Shown piece after piece: positions 26,776 through 27,023 of a stretch of 27,023 nucleotides of DNA (the stretch's first letter is position 1; each line of letters starts with the position of its first letter). The notes under the pieces are model-generated. The model was not told the DNA's origin and searched no databases. It saw only the letters and a program-made list of their open reading frames with translations. Source of the stretch: an uncultured Dehalococcoidales bacterium (GTDB lineage: Bacteria > Chloroflexota > Dehalococcoidia > E44-bin15); NCBI GenBank assembly GCA_964648675.1, contig CAZYLE010000004.1, forward strand, positions 1 to 27,023, read 5' to 3'. A program made the position numbers and the translations under genes.

Positions 26776-27023
26776 TTACCAAACGTTCGCCAGTGCTGGC
26801 AGGCTGGCCCGCTCCACCAGGCTGATGGCCCCCTGGTCGCACTCCGTGACGCACAGCCCACACCCGAAGCAATGGAACTGGTCGATATATGCCATGTTGT
26901 TCGATGGCGAGAAGCTGAGTGCCTTGAACTGGCAGCGTGCCACACAGCGGGCACACCCGGTGCAAAGCTCAGGGTCAATCTTGGCCACATAGTGTCCCTT
27001 CCATACAGCCTTCACTCCCAGGT
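26776..27023 (-). CDS. C-terminal 2x[4Fe-4S] domain of a protein truncated by the window edge
   Basis: The frame is open to the window end (LGVKAVWKGHYVA); CTGCARCVARCQF and CFGCGLCVTEC. Confidence 0.8.
   Translation of the reverse strand, partial: LGVKAVWKGHYVAKIDPELCTGCARCVARCQFKALSFSPSNNMAYIDQFHCFGCGLCVTECDQGAISLVERASLPALANVW

Noticed and set aside
26776-27023. Reductive dehalogenase interpretation of the edge gene
   Set aside because: Only a generic 2x[4Fe-4S] tail is visible; there are no RdhA-specific motifs and no RdhB anchor.

Overview
A gene-dense 27 kb window from an anaerobic bacterium. The repertoire (BCR/HAD-like, IOR, FrhB-like, AOR, LUD and many 4Fe-4S proteins) suggests a sediment Dehalococcoidia-like Chloroflexota, but this is inference only. 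The centre is a co-oriented minus-strand 10-gene operon (15134->2840). It encodes a four-subunit class I benzoyl-CoA reductase / 2-hydroxyacyl-CoA dehydratase-like enzyme with a heterodimeric activase, a LarA-superfamily racemase, an FpoF/FrhB-like flavoprotein, IorAB, a degenerate LUD paralog and a LutB-LutA fusion dehydrogenase. The simplest reading is an undescribed route: aryl-2-hydroxyacid -> 2-oxoacid -> aryl-CoA -> ring reduction. To its right are YhhN, a 54-aa Cys/His/Trp protein missed by the ORF track, a TsrM-like B12 radical SAM enzyme, a truncated hydantoinase/oxoprolinase, a cluster of GTAG-type REP palindromes, a thiolase, a ferredoxin plus a motif-divergent AOR, an OYE/2,4-dienoyl-CoA-reductase-like flavoprotein, a glycyl-radical-domain relic and an Fe-S/V4R-like module cut by the window edge. 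I found no rRNA, tRNA, CRISPR array or intact transposase. All family calls come from motif recognition by eye, without database searches.
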